Source of the DNA: a bacterium
GTDB lineage: Bacteria; Fidelibacterota; Fidelibacteria; Fidelibacterales; Fidelibacteraceae
Direction: 5' to 3'
Length of the DNA stretch: 64,000 nt
Assembly: GCA_963676395.1 (NCBI GenBank)
Contig: OY781066.1
Location: 768,001 to 832,000, forward strand
In this document: in pieces, positions 52,243 to 64,000 of the stretch
Layout: each line of letters opens with the position of its first letter
How positions within the stretch are numbered: position 1 is the first letter of the stretch
Program-made: the position numbers and the translations under genes
The notes under the pieces: generated by a model
The model's database searches: none
Told to the model about the DNA's origin: nothing
The model's input: the letters and a program-made list of their open reading frames with translations, nothing else

Positions 52243-52794
52243 TCATTCGTCAAATTCCCGCACGGTTTTACCGAGAGGATTAAAGATGGTCCAATTCTCA
52301 AATTCAGTATCTGAGATAAAATCTGTACCGTAAAGCGTATCTTCTTTAGAAAATATTTGAATGGCTCCATTGGTATAAACTTTATTGCTATCCGAGATAT
52401 AGAACAATGAATCGGCATAAGCAATAAATCCACTATCGGACACCATAATGACATTTCCGATTGCAACGATCTTATCTGTAACTTCATTCACGAGTCCGCT
52501 ATCTGCTGTCAAATAAGATTCATGTAAACCATCTTCGCTATAGAAATCAATACGCATACTATCGGAGATAATCATATCGTTAGAATTTTGATATTGCACG
52601 ATATGTGAAGCATAAATCTTTGAATCAACTTTTTCACCTCGTGTTACAGTAATCTTTGCATTCCAGATTTCCTGATCAGGGACTTTTCCTTCCAGAAAAG
52701 TTGTATAATCACCGGTTTTGGTACAAGCGATTTGCCATAGCGCGAGGAAAGCACAAAGAATCAGATATATTTTTCGAGTAGTAAATTTAAACAT
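52243..52794 (-). CDS. lptC: LPS export periplasmic protein LptC
   Basis: Lipoprotein-like N-terminus, beta-jellyroll-type 'LTADSG...GNV...ADSLFY'; lies between kdsC and lptB. Confidence 0.8.
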   Translation of the reverse strand: MFKFTTRKIYLILCAFLALWQIACTKTGDYTTFLEGKVPDQEIWNAKITVTRGEKVDSKIYASHIVQYQNSNDMIISDSMRIDFYSEDGLHESYLTADSGLVNEVTDKIVAIGNVIMVSDSGFIAYADSLFYISDSNKVYTNGAIQIFSKEDTLYGTDFISDTEFENWTIFNPLGKTVREFDE

Positions 52795-52837
52795 GAAGTA
52801 ATTTACGTACTGCAGGGTAAAAGACAAAAGTTAATTT

Positions 52838-52925
52838 AACCGAGTCGATAAGTTATGTAATCAACCGAGGCGGTTAAGTCATATATTCACCGAGGCGATC
52901 AGAATCCAAATGAACCGACTCGGTT
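52838..52925. repeat. Array of four degenerate AACCGA(G/C)TCGGTT palindromes at 25-bp period
   Basis: Copies at 52838, 52863, 52888 and 52913; the last is inverted (central C). Confidence 0.85.
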
Positions 52926-53051
52926 CAGCTCACACACAACTAACCATTTTAGTGAACCACATATTTTAAAGCCAACGCTCAAGTCGCCTAAAAATAAAAT
53001 GAGCGAACACAAAGGTCCGCCCATGAAATTTCCATCAAATATTTATAATCG

Positions 53052-55535
<2,484 letters not shown>

Positions 55536-55550
55536 ATTCGTCCTTAATTC

Positions 55551-56990
55551 TTATATTGTTTTTAACAGTTCAACCAAAAGATTCCAAACCTTAAGGATTG
55601 AAGGTATATGCATGCGTTCATCCGGTGAGTGAGGATTTTCAATCGTTGGACCCAGTGAAATCATATCCATACCATCATGTTTTCCACCAATCACACCACA
55701 TTCTAAACCACCGTGAATAACATTCACTTCGGCATCTTTGCCGAATAGTTTATTATAAACCACTTTAGTTTTAGCAAGAAGTTCTGAATCCCAGTTGGGT
55801 TGCCATGATGAGTAGCCATTGCCACTTTCGTATTTAGCACCGGCTAAATGTGCCAACATCTCAATTTTTTGAGTGAGCATGTTTCTGGCCGACATTACCT
55901 GTGAACGTTGTGATGAAAGAATTCTAATTACATCACCTTCGGTGCGAATCACAGCAAAATTGTTAGATGTTTCGGCAAGAAGCGGACCACCCTGATGAAC
56001 AGAAGGATCTAATTCTTCGGGTCCGTTAGGATAAGCGATCATGAAACGCATAATACGTTCTGCCAATTCTGTTTTGATTGCTTTTCTATCGGATTCAGCT
56101 TTTTCGAGCTTTCCAAAAAGGCCATCCTCAAAGCCTTTGTATTCATTCAAGAAGGTTGCTGTCATCGCCTGAACGATAGCCTCGGCCTCTGCAACTTTAT
56201 CTGCTGAAAGCGTTACCAATGCTTCTGAATCACGAGGAATGGCATTATGTGCCGTACCACCATGAACAGAAACCAACTGTGCGTTGGCTTTTTCTTTGAG
56301 TTCCCATAAAGTGCGAAGTAGAAGTTTGTTGGTATTGGAACGATGACGAACAATATCACCACCGGAATGACCGCCGAAACCACCGCCGATCATTACTTTA
56401 TATACATCACCTTTAACTTCTTCGTATTCCAAATCGAACCAGGATTTTGTATCAACTCCACCGCAACAACCAATGGTAAATACACCTTCGTCCTCGGAAT
56501 CTATATTAATAAGGATCTTACCTTTTAGGGTATTTTCACCTAAAGCAAGTGCTCCGGTCAAACCGGTTTCTTCATCCACAGTAAATAATAATTCCAACTC
56601 CGGATGCGGCAAGTCAGATTCCGCAATGGCCATTGCATAGGCCAGGGCAATCCCATTATCGGCACCAAGTGTGGTTTTATTTGCATATAGCCAGTCACCT
56701 TTATAAACGAATTCAATGGGATCTTTCTGGAAATCGTGATCAGAATCGGGAGTTTTTTCACAAACCATATCCATATGACCTTGAAGAGTCACGACAGGAC
56801 GATCTTCATAGCCTTCGCTGGCGGGAATAGACATAAAAACATTTAACGCATCATCACGCCAAACTTTAATATCTCTTTTTGTTGCCCAGTCCACAAGCCA
56901 TTCCGAGATGGCTTTTTCGTGTTTTGACTGGCGGGGGATCTGTGAGATTTGTTCAAAAACATCTAATACATTCTTTGTAACTGCATCCAT
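55551..56990 (-). CDS. pepD: Aminoacyl-histidine dipeptidase (M20C)
   Basis: QGHMDMVCEK, LGADNG, DEETG, IHGGLECG, HSPDE. Confidence 0.93.
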   Translation of the reverse strand: MDAVTKNVLDVFEQISQIPRQSKHEKAISEWLVDWATKRDIKVWRDDALNVFMSIPASEGYEDRPVVTLQGHMDMVCEKTPDSDHDFQKDPIEFVYKGDWLYANKTTLGADNGIALAYAMAIAESDLPHPELELLFTVDEETGLTGALALGENTLKGKILINIDSEDEGVFTIGCCGGVDTKSWFDLEYEEVKGDVYKVMIGGGFGGHSGGDIVRHRSNTNKLLLRTLWELKEKANAQLVSVHGGTAHNAIPRDSEALVTLSADKVAEAEAIVQAMTATFLNEYKGFEDGLFGKLEKAESDRKAIKTELAERIMRFMIAYPNGPEELDPSVHQGGPLLAETSNNFAVIRTEGDVIRILSSQRSQVMSARNMLTQKIEMLAHLAGAKYESGNGYSSWQPNWDSELLAKTKVVYNKLFGKDAEVNVIHGGLECGVIGGKHDGMDMISLGPTIENPHSPDERMHIPSILKVWNLLVELLKTI

Positions 56991-57272
56991 TTTCGGCACC
57001 TTTGTTTATGCTCTAAGATAAGGGTTGAGAAAGAGGATTTCAATTGTTAAAAATATTATTTCCCACTTAAGAAAAGCAAGTAACTCACACGAAGGTCTCA
57101 TATAGAAATTAACAAAATAAGAATTATTAAGATTAAGTTAATTTTATAATATCTACATATAATATTTGATTACTATGTAATATTCATTTATATTTCAAGC
57201 GTTTTTTAACGTAGCTACTAGATCTCAACTTACAACTAAATACTGATCTTATTTGATCTAAAGGAACTAAAG

Positions 57273-59081
57273 ATGAAAAAAACATTAAGCAGCTGTGTCC
57301 TAATTCTTACCTTTATAATTCCCCTCTTTGCCGGCACCTATAATGGTGGTGATGGGAGTGAAGGAAATCCTTATCAAATCGCAACAAGCGCAAATTTAAT
57401 AGAACTATCAAACACCTCAGGAGATTGGTCTTCTTATTTTATTCAAACTGCTGATATCATTTTTAATTCAGATTCATCCCTCGTTGACTGGGATGGCGAT
57501 GGAAATGCTCTCTGGGATGTAAACGACCAATTGGGGTTTTTACCTATTGGTACATCTAGCATACAATTTTTAGGCACATATAATGGTGATAATTATTCCA
57601 TCATAAATTTATTCATTAATCGCCCCACATCAGATAACATTGCTTTATTTGGATATTGTTCACTTGCCAATATCTCAAATCTAAATTTAACAAATGTCAA
57701 CATAACAGGTAATAATCTTACTGGAAGCCTACTGGGATATTCTGATAGATTGGAAGTTGAAAATTGTCATGTATCTGGAAACGTTACGGGTATTGAAGAA
57801 AAAACTGGAGGGCTTATTGGATTCGCCAGGGTGACTCATGTAAATAACTGCCATAGCTCAGTCAATGTTTATGGCGGTGATGATTTTACAGGTGGCCTAA
57901 TAGCCCATACCGAAACAGCTTGTGAAATTAGAAACTGTTACAGCACCGGAACGGTTACAAATACAGCATACGGCAACAGTAATGGTGGACTAATCGGAGA
58001 TAACGCTACCAGTACAGTAGAATATTGTTACACGACATCAGATGTATATGCCTACAGCACTTATACAGCAGGTTTTGCAGGGCGAAATGCCAGTGGAACG
58101 ATAAAAAATTGTTATTGTTCAGGATATGTACAAGCACGATCATCCTCAGCATATATTGGAGGATTTAGCGCATATAACTATGGAAGTGCTGAAATAACAA
58201 ATTGCTACAGTTCAAGTTTTGTAGACGCTTCTATCCACAGCACTAATGTTGGAGGATTTCTCGGAAATAATGCGGCTTCTGTTAGCTCTTGTTTTTGGGA
58301 TATCGATTCCTCCGGAAAAACTTTAGGTATTGGAGCCGGGACCAACTTAGGCGCTTCAGGTAAAACCAGTGTCGAGATGAGAACCGCCTCTACCTATCCA
58401 AGTACATGGGATTTTTATGGTAATCTTTCTGATGGACAAGATGATATCTGGAAAATTGAGGCAGAATCTAACGATGGGTATCCCTACCTTCGAAACACAC
58501 CTCTAGCTGAATCAGCGACACCCATTACCTTGATATCATTTACAGCAAAAACAAAAAACGGCCTTGTAAATCTTGCCTGGTCCACCGCATCCGAAACCAA
58601 TAATGCAAGCTTTGTGATTTATCGCAATAATATAGCTATCGCATCTATCAATGGAGCCGGCACAAGCAGTGAAACACAATATTATACTTACAGTGATAAT
58701 TCTGTTATTCCCGGCCAAACTTACACCTATATCTTAGCTGATCTGAGCTACGCCAATAAACTGGTAAAACATCTGGACAATGCTCAAACAATCACACTTG
58801 GTAATGAAATTAGCGAAGTCGATTATCAAATTGGAGCGGCATATCCAAATCCTTTCAACCCAAGCACACTCGTACCTATTAAATTAAACACTGACTCAAT
58901 GGTAAAAGCTGCACTCTACGATTTAAAGGGTCACAAAATAAAACAACTAGCCGATGGCAATTATTCTGCAGGCACCCATGAGCTTCAAATTGATGGTTCA
59001 CATTTAAGTACCGGTATTTATATGCTTAACATTCAAATAAATAACTTACTCAGTTCACAAAAACTCATCTTAATGAAATAA
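57273..59081 (+). CDS. Secreted GLUG-repeat protein with Por/T9SS-type C-terminal domain
   Basis: GDGSEGNPYQI, repeated GGLIG...NCYS.G.V, W.TASETNN, YPNPFNP. Confidence 0.85.
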   Translation: MKKTLSSCVLILTFIIPLFAGTYNGGDGSEGNPYQIATSANLIELSNTSGDWSSYFIQTADIIFNSDSSLVDWDGDGNALWDVNDQLGFLPIGTSSIQFLGTYNGDNYSIINLFINRPTSDNIALFGYCSLANISNLNLTNVNITGNNLTGSLLGYSDRLEVENCHVSGNVTGIEEKTGGLIGFARVTHVNNCHSSVNVYGGDDFTGGLIAHTETACEIRNCYSTGTVTNTAYGNSNGGLIGDNATSTVEYCYTTSDVYAYSTYTAGFAGRNASGTIKNCYCSGYVQARSSSAYIGGFSAYNYGSAEITNCYSSSFVDASIHSTNVGGFLGNNAASVSSCFWDIDSSGKTLGIGAGTNLGASGKTSVEMRTASTYPSTWDFYGNLSDGQDDIWKIEAESNDGYPYLRNTPLAESATPITLISFTAKTKNGLVNLAWSTASETNNASFVIYRNNIAIASINGAGTSSETQYYTYSDNSVIPGQTYTYILADLSYANKLVKHLDNAQTITLGNEISEVDYQIGAAYPNPFNPSTLVPIKLNTDSMVKAALYDLKGHKIKQLADGNYSAGTHELQIDGSHLSTGIYMLNIQINNLLSSQKLILMK

Positions 59082-59103
59082 CACATTCATTCCATATTAA
59101 TAT

Positions 59104-59129
59104 AAAAGGCTCAGTTTTGAGCCTTTTTT
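59104..59129 (+). terminator. Rho-independent terminator
   Basis: AAAAGGCTCA-gttt-TGAGCCTTTTTT. Confidence 0.85.
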
Positions 59130-59304
59130 GTTAGCATTTACTTTATTACAACTATTCTTAATGTTAAACCTTATTAATAAAGACTTACCCTGACAATATG
59201 ATGTACTCAAACTGAGTCAGTTGCTTAATATTTTTCCTTTTTACTTTTACCTTTTTACTTGTATCTTCGGGTGCTTTTTGTGAACACAATGAAAGGAGAC
59301 AGTC

Positions 59305-60108
59305 ATGAGAATGATCGTCATGGATAAATACGAAAAGATGAGCAAATTCACAGCTCAATATATTGCTAAACGCATCAACGATGCTCAGTCCAGCGCCGAA
59401 AAACCTTTTGTTATCGGTTTGCCGACCGGCTCTTCACCTTTGGGTGTCTACAAAGAATTGATAAATCTTTATAAAGACGGTAAAGTATCATTTAAACATG
59501 TTGTTTCTTTCAACATGGACGAATATATCGGTCTCCCCGAAGATCATCCGGAATCTTATCACTATTTCATGTACGACAATTTTTTCCAACACATTGATAT
59601 CCCAAAAGAAAACATCAATATTCTTAACGGTAATGCGGATGATCTTGAAAAAGAATGTTACGACTACGAAATGAAGATCCAGGCTATTGGGGGTATTGAC
59701 CTATTCATGGGCGGTATCGGTCCTGACGGTCATATTGCCTTCAACGAACCGGCTTCATCACTCTCATCTAGAACTCGTATCAAATCTCTTACCTACGATA
59801 CCATTCTTGCTAACTCTCGTTTCTTTGATAACGATGTTAACAAAGTTCCCAAGAATGCTCTAACCGTTGGCGTTGCCACTGTGATGGATGCCCGTGAAGT
59901 GATCATTCTTGTTAATGGTTACAAGAAAGCTCGTGCTCTTCAAAAAGTTGTTGAAGAAGGTGTAAACCATATGTGGACCGTCTCGGCGCTGCAGTTACAT
60001 CCTCGAGGCATGATCGTATGTGATGATGAAGCCACGATGGAATTAAAAGTCGGCACAGTAAAATATTTCAAGGATATCGAAGCAGAAGCCATTTCATCCG
60101 TGAAATAA
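59305..60108 (+). CDS. nagB: Glucosamine-6-phosphate deaminase
   Basis: [27 protein letters not shown]. Confidence 0.97.
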   Translation: MRMIVMDKYEKMSKFTAQYIAKRINDAQSSAEKPFVIGLPTGSSPLGVYKELINLYKDGKVSFKHVVSFNMDEYIGLPEDHPESYHYFMYDNFFQHIDIPKENINILNGNADDLEKECYDYEMKIQAIGGIDLFMGGIGPDGHIAFNEPASSLSSRTRIKSLTYDTILANSRFFDNDVNKVPKNALTVGVATVMDAREVIILVNGYKKARALQKVVEEGVNHMWTVSALQLHPRGMIVCDDEATMELKVGTVKYFKDIEAEAISSVK

Positions 60109-60134
60109 ACCTTACATAAGCTATTAAATAAATG

Positions 60135-60173
60135 AAAGAAGAGGCGCAAAATTTTGCACCTCTTCTTTTTTTT
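60135..60173 (+). terminator. Terminator after nagB (REP-like stem)
   Basis: AAAGAAGAGGCGCAAA-a-TTTTGCACCTCTTCTTT plus T-tract. Confidence 0.75.
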
Positions 60174-60326
60174 ACTATATAACCTTTCATACAATAAATC
60201 TTCGAGAACCCTCCCTATAACCGCAATGATTGTTTTTAGTTTTGAATTAAAATTTTTCCTACCAAATCCATTAACTTATCAGTAGCTTTTGTGTCAACAT
60301 TGCGGAAGCATAAAAAAAGGAATAAA

Positions 60327-62849
60327 ATGAAAAAAAATGCGATTCTATTACTAACCTTACTAAGCATTAGCTCTCTTTGGGCCGCCACTCTTTCGGGAAC
60401 CGTTAAAGATATTAAAACAAGCAAAGGACTCGAATTTGCAAATGTTGCCGTATACGAAAAAGAAAACAATGTTATTAAAACCGGTACAATGTCGGGAGTT
60501 GAAGGTAGTTTCAGGATATTCAATGTACCTGCAGGTGAATATTATTTAATTGTTTCTTACATGGGATATGAGCAAAAACGCTTTAATGGAATTAAACTCA
60601 ACGGCAATAATATTGATATTGGCACTATAATGATGACACCGACTTCATTAAAAATGAAAGATGTTGTTGTAGAAGCTGAGAAACCTGCCGTTACATATAA
60701 AATAGATAAACGCGTTATCGATGCCTCTCAATTTCTTTCAGCCAAAGGCGGAACTGCCGTAGAAATCCTGGAAAACGTACCTTCTGTTGATGTGGACATC
60801 GAAGGCAATGTATCTCTTCGCGGCAGCGAAAACTTTACCGTCATGATCGATGGCCGTCCCTCAGTACTGGAACCGCAGGATGCGCTTGAATCTATACCTG
60901 CAGTTTCAATTGAAAACATTGAGATTATGACCAATGCATCGGCTAAATTCGAGGCCGAAGGCGGCGCAGGTATTATTAACATTGTCACAAAACGCGATAA
61001 ACGCATCGGCATTACCGGACTTGCATCGTTGAATGCAGGTACGAACAATCTCGGTGGAAATATTCTATTGAACTATACGAACAAAAATATAACTGCATAT
61101 ATTTCTGCAGATTATAGTCAACGAAAATTTAGTGGTGAATCCTATGTTGACCGAATGTTGTATGGTGCAGACTCAAGCACAAATTTCGTTTCCGAAGGTG
61201 AAAGAAATTTCCAACGAGCCGGGTGGGGTATTAAAGGTGGTTTGGATTATTTCATCAGTAAAAAAGATGTGATCGGACTATCATTCAACTACGGTCCGAG
61301 AGGTATGACACATTCCACCACAAACGACTACTCGGTTACGTATTGGGATAATGCAACAAACACCTCCACTGCTCATGATAATTATACCTCTTACGATATT
61401 ACTACACGTGGTGGTGATCGCTATTCTGTATTAATGGATTATACACATACTTTTAAAGATAAAACCATAAAAGAAGTTGACAAAAAATCTAAGGGTGCAG
61501 GTCAGGGTCCCGGTGGCCATGGCGGCCCCGGTGGACGGAGTATGTCAACTCAGGGCAAAAATTCATCTGGCCATAAATTAAAGATCGAAGGTTCATACTC
61601 ATCATGGAATATGGATGAAGACGGTTATACATATCTTGTTGATGATTTGGGTGATACCACTGAAGGTCAGCGTCAAACCGAGACTGGTCCATCAAACAGC
61701 ATTCGTGGTAAACTAGAATATACACTTCCTTTAACCACCAGCTCTACTTTTGAAACCGGTGCTGATGCGAAATTCAACTGGAAAACAGATGAAAGCGACA
61801 TGTATGAATTGAATCCATTAACCGGAGATTTTATTCGTCAGGATCTTTATTCTTATGATGTTAATTACAAGCAGAATACTTTCTCGGGTTATGCTTTATA
61901 CTCAAACACTATTGGTCTTCTTGGTATCCAGCCTGGCTTAAGAGCCGAATATACCTACCGTGAGATCGCAAGTGAAGGTGCGGATTCAACCTATATTATT
62001 GATAGATTACACCTCTTCCCAACATTGCATATGTCCTATGAATTGCCCAAATATGTGCAGTTGATGGCATCATACACTCGACGTGTTTCTCGTCCCCGCG
62101 GTTGGCAACTGGAACCCTTCTATGTCTGGCAAGATGCCTATAATATCCGTGTAGGTAACCCGGCGTTGGCACCCGAAATGACAGACTCATATGAATTCTC
62201 TGTTCAAAAAAGTTTTGGTAAGAATTTCATTTCTATGGATGCTTTTTACAAGCACACGACAGATAAGATCGAGCGCATTGAAAGCATGTATGAAAATGCC
62301 GAAAATATCATCTTGAACACCTTTGAAAATGTCGGAACCGACCAATCTTTAGGGTTCGAGCTTATGGGTAACTTCAATATTTTCTCATGGTGGATGATGA
62401 ATGTTTCCGGCAGTCTATACCATTACAATGTTGCCGGTGAACTCTACGGTGAAGACTTTGATGAAAGCTCTGTAAACTACAGAGCCCGCTTCCGCAACAC
62501 CTTCATGTTCCCCTGGGGTACACGTATGCAAGTTGGTTTATCCTACCGCTCGGCATCGGCTACGGCACAAGGAAGCAGCTCCGGTGGATTAATGACAGAC
62601 CTGGGGATTCGACAGGATTTTTTGGACGGCAAACTTTCTGCCACTCTACAGGTAAGAGATATCTTTGGAACCGGATTCAGACAATATGAAACCACCACAC
62701 CATCAAGTTACACCTACTCTGAATTCTATCATGATGCACCGATGATCTCACTGGATCTTTCTCTGAAGATTAACAATTACAAGCAGCAAAAGACAGATAA
62801 TTTCGATAGCGATAGCTTTGAATCTGAAAGTGGTGGAATGGACTATTAA
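60327..62849 (+). CDS. TonB-dependent receptor / outer-membrane beta-barrel with N-terminal carboxypeptidase-regulatory-like domain
   Basis: Signal peptide, SYMGY, plug LENVPSV...GIINIVTK, GLRAE, GNPALAPE. Confidence 0.9.
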   Translation: MKKNAILLLTLLSISSLWAATLSGTVKDIKTSKGLEFANVAVYEKENNVIKTGTMSGVEGSFRIFNVPAGEYYLIVSYMGYEQKRFNGIKLNGNNIDIGTIMMTPTSLKMKDVVVEAEKPAVTYKIDKRVIDASQFLSAKGGTAVEILENVPSVDVDIEGNVSLRGSENFTVMIDGRPSVLEPQDALESIPAVSIENIEIMTNASAKFEAEGGAGIINIVTKRDKRIGITGLASLNAGTNNLGGNILLNYTNKNITAYISADYSQRKFSGESYVDRMLYGADSSTNFVSEGERNFQRAGWGIKGGLDYFISKKDVIGLSFNYGPRGMTHSTTNDYSVTYWDNATNTSTAHDNYTSYDITTRGGDRYSVLMDYTHTFKDKTIKEVDKKSKGAGQGPGGHGGPGGRSMSTQGKNSSGHKLKIEGSYSSWNMDEDGYTYLVDDLGDTTEGQRQTETGPSNSIRGKLEYTLPLTTSSTFETGADAKFNWKTDESDMYELNPLTGDFIRQDLYSYDVNYKQNTFSGYALYSNTIGLLGIQPGLRAEYTYREIASEGADSTYIIDRLHLFPTLHMSYELPKYVQLMASYTRRVSRPRGWQLEPFYVWQDAYNIRVGNPALAPEMTDSYEFSVQKSFGKNFISMDAFYKHTTDKIERIESMYENAENIILNTFENVGTDQSLGFELMGNFNIFSWWMMNVSGSLYHYNVAGELYGEDFDESSVNYRARFRNTFMFPWGTRMQVGLSYRSASATAQGSSSGGLMTDLGIRQDFLDGKLSATLQVRDIFGTGFRQYETTTPSSYTYSEFYHDAPMISLDLSLKINNYKQQKTDNFDSDSFESESGGMDY

Positions 62850-62883
62850 ACACAAGAAACATGATATAAATTCCTATTATAAT

Positions 62884-62909
62884 AAAAGGAGCCAATGGCT
62901 CCTTTTTTT
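62884..62909. terminator. Bidirectional terminator between the receptor and TetR genes
   Basis: AAAAGGAGCC-aat-GGCTCCTTTTTTT. Confidence 0.85.
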
Positions 62910-62937
62910 GTTATAAAAATATTTTAATTTCTTGAAT

Positions 62938-63519
62938 TTAAAACGGTAAATCCGCCACTATACCTTCAGCAAATTCTACTCTGGCCCGAGCTTCATCTTT
63001 CAGACTATATCCTGTAAAATCCTTAAACAATCCAGGAAAAATGCTTACAAACAACAAATTACTGAAAAGTCGATGCAAAGACATATTCAATTCTTTTCGA
63101 TCAATATTATGCTTTTGAGAAATACGATCGGCAAATCCTTTAAGAAAGTCGTTCATATATTTATATGATTTCGCATCAATATTTCCATGTGAAAAAGCTT
63201 CATGAAAATGCAAACGTGTAATGTAAGGGAAACGAGCGCCCCCTTCGAGCATGTACATGCACATATCTCGAGCTATATCTTTGAATGGTTTATCTTTTTC
63301 ACTCATATTTTGCAAGTCCTCAATCATATGATCAAAGGTAATCCGCTTGACCTGTTCAACCAGATTTTCTTTTGAGCGAAAATGATAATTAACGGCAGCA
63401 ATATTTACATTTGCAGCTTCTGCGATCATTCTTACCGTTAGAGCATCAAAGCCATAACGCTCTATACATTCTATTGTAGTGTGTATGATCTTTTCGGGTG
63501 TTTTGATTTTTTTATCCAT
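62938..63519 (-). CDS. TetR/AcrR family regulator
   Basis: GFDALTVRMIAEAANVNIAAVNYHFRSKENL HTH. Confidence 0.93.
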   Translation of the reverse strand: MDKKIKTPEKIIHTTIECIERYGFDALTVRMIAEAANVNIAAVNYHFRSKENLVEQVKRITFDHMIEDLQNMSEKDKPFKDIARDMCMYMLEGGARFPYITRLHFHEAFSHGNIDAKSYKYMNDFLKGFADRISQKHNIDRKELNMSLHRLFSNLLFVSIFPGLFKDFTGYSLKDEARARVEFAEGIVADLPF

Positions 63520-63557
63520 GTTTAAAATTACCCTCTCATCTTTTTAAAAACAAGGTT

Positions 63558-64000
63558 TTAAACACCTGTTGGCAAACCGGGGACATCAGGAAGATATTCT
63601 TCTTTTTTTAATTTTATCGCTCTGGCCTTGGCCCATCGGTTTCCGGTTAGTCTTGCGGAAATAACTTTAGATGGCAGTGTCCCCAGCACCTGCAATATAC
63701 GATTAAAGAAACCTGGAATAATGATCGCCTTATTCTTTAAGACTCCCTGCACAGCTTTTTTTGCAATAAAATCGGGATAGAACGTTGAAAGTTTTCCGCC
63801 TAGCCCTTGTGATTCAACATCCTTAATCACATTTAAATTTGTATAAATACCTCCGGGGCAAAGTGAGGAGACTCTGATCCCATTCTTTTTCACTTCCTCT
63901 CTCAAGGCCAAAGTAAAGTGTGTATTAAACGCTTTTGTTGATGAATAGACTGCAAAATTTGGCATGGGAAAAAATGAAGATAATGATGACACATTAATCA
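63558..64000 (-). CDS. SDR family oxidoreductase (5' part outside the window)
   Basis: NVSS...YSSTK...LCPG. Confidence 0.85.
   Translation of the reverse strand, partial: INVSSLSSFFPMPNFAVYSSTKAFNTHFTLALREEVKKNGIRVSSLCPGGIYTNLNVIKDVESQGLGGKLSTFYPDFIAKKAVQGVLKNKAIIIPGFFNRILQVLGTLPSKVISARLTGNRWAKARAIKLKKEEYLPDVPGLPTGV

Noticed and set aside
52153..52925. CRISPR array interpretation of the 25-bp-period palindromes
   Set aside because: Repeats (13 bp) and linkers (12 bp) are far too short, two linkers are near-identical, and there are no cas genes.

Overview
A 64-kb bacterial chromosomal window from a diderm, LPS-making organism. It is probably an FCB-superphylum lineage outside classical Bacteroidia (inference from Por/T9SS-type C-terminal domains together with ScpAB, HslUV, GatC and RpoN). 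From left to right it holds: an AT-rich Wzx/Wzy polysaccharide cluster ending in a D-glucuronyl C5-epimerase-family gene missed by the ORF track; a secreted NlpC/P60 protein, a nucleoside transporter, an M28 peptidase and an AT-rich asparagine-synthetase-like gene; core genes ppdK, mutL, proBA and pfkA; then a ~10.7-kb accessory defence island (about 25.6-36.35 kb). The island's left arm is a co-oriented HTH-Panacea antitoxin / RelE-like toxin / HEPN-motif protein / truncated HAD / AAA-DUF4143 ATPase / HAD phosphatase run, with three 33-bp-phased palindromic boxes in front of the ATPase. Its right arm is a divergent operon: vsr, m5C MTase, REase, second m5C MTase, GHKL(MORC-like)-nuclease. Housekeeping genes follow (Trx-Grx fusion plus orphan groES; scpA-scpB-recN-holB-rluB; hslUV, rpoN, lptB, lptC, kdsC, pyrG, gatC, pepD, nagB, a TonB-dependent receptor, TetR, SDR). 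Intergenic DNA carries several REP-like palindrome families, 7-nt-periodic repeats, and two 25-bp-periodic palindrome arrays flanking lptC. I recognised no tRNA, rRNA, CRISPR array, integrase or transposase. All family calls come from reading motifs by eye, not from database searches.
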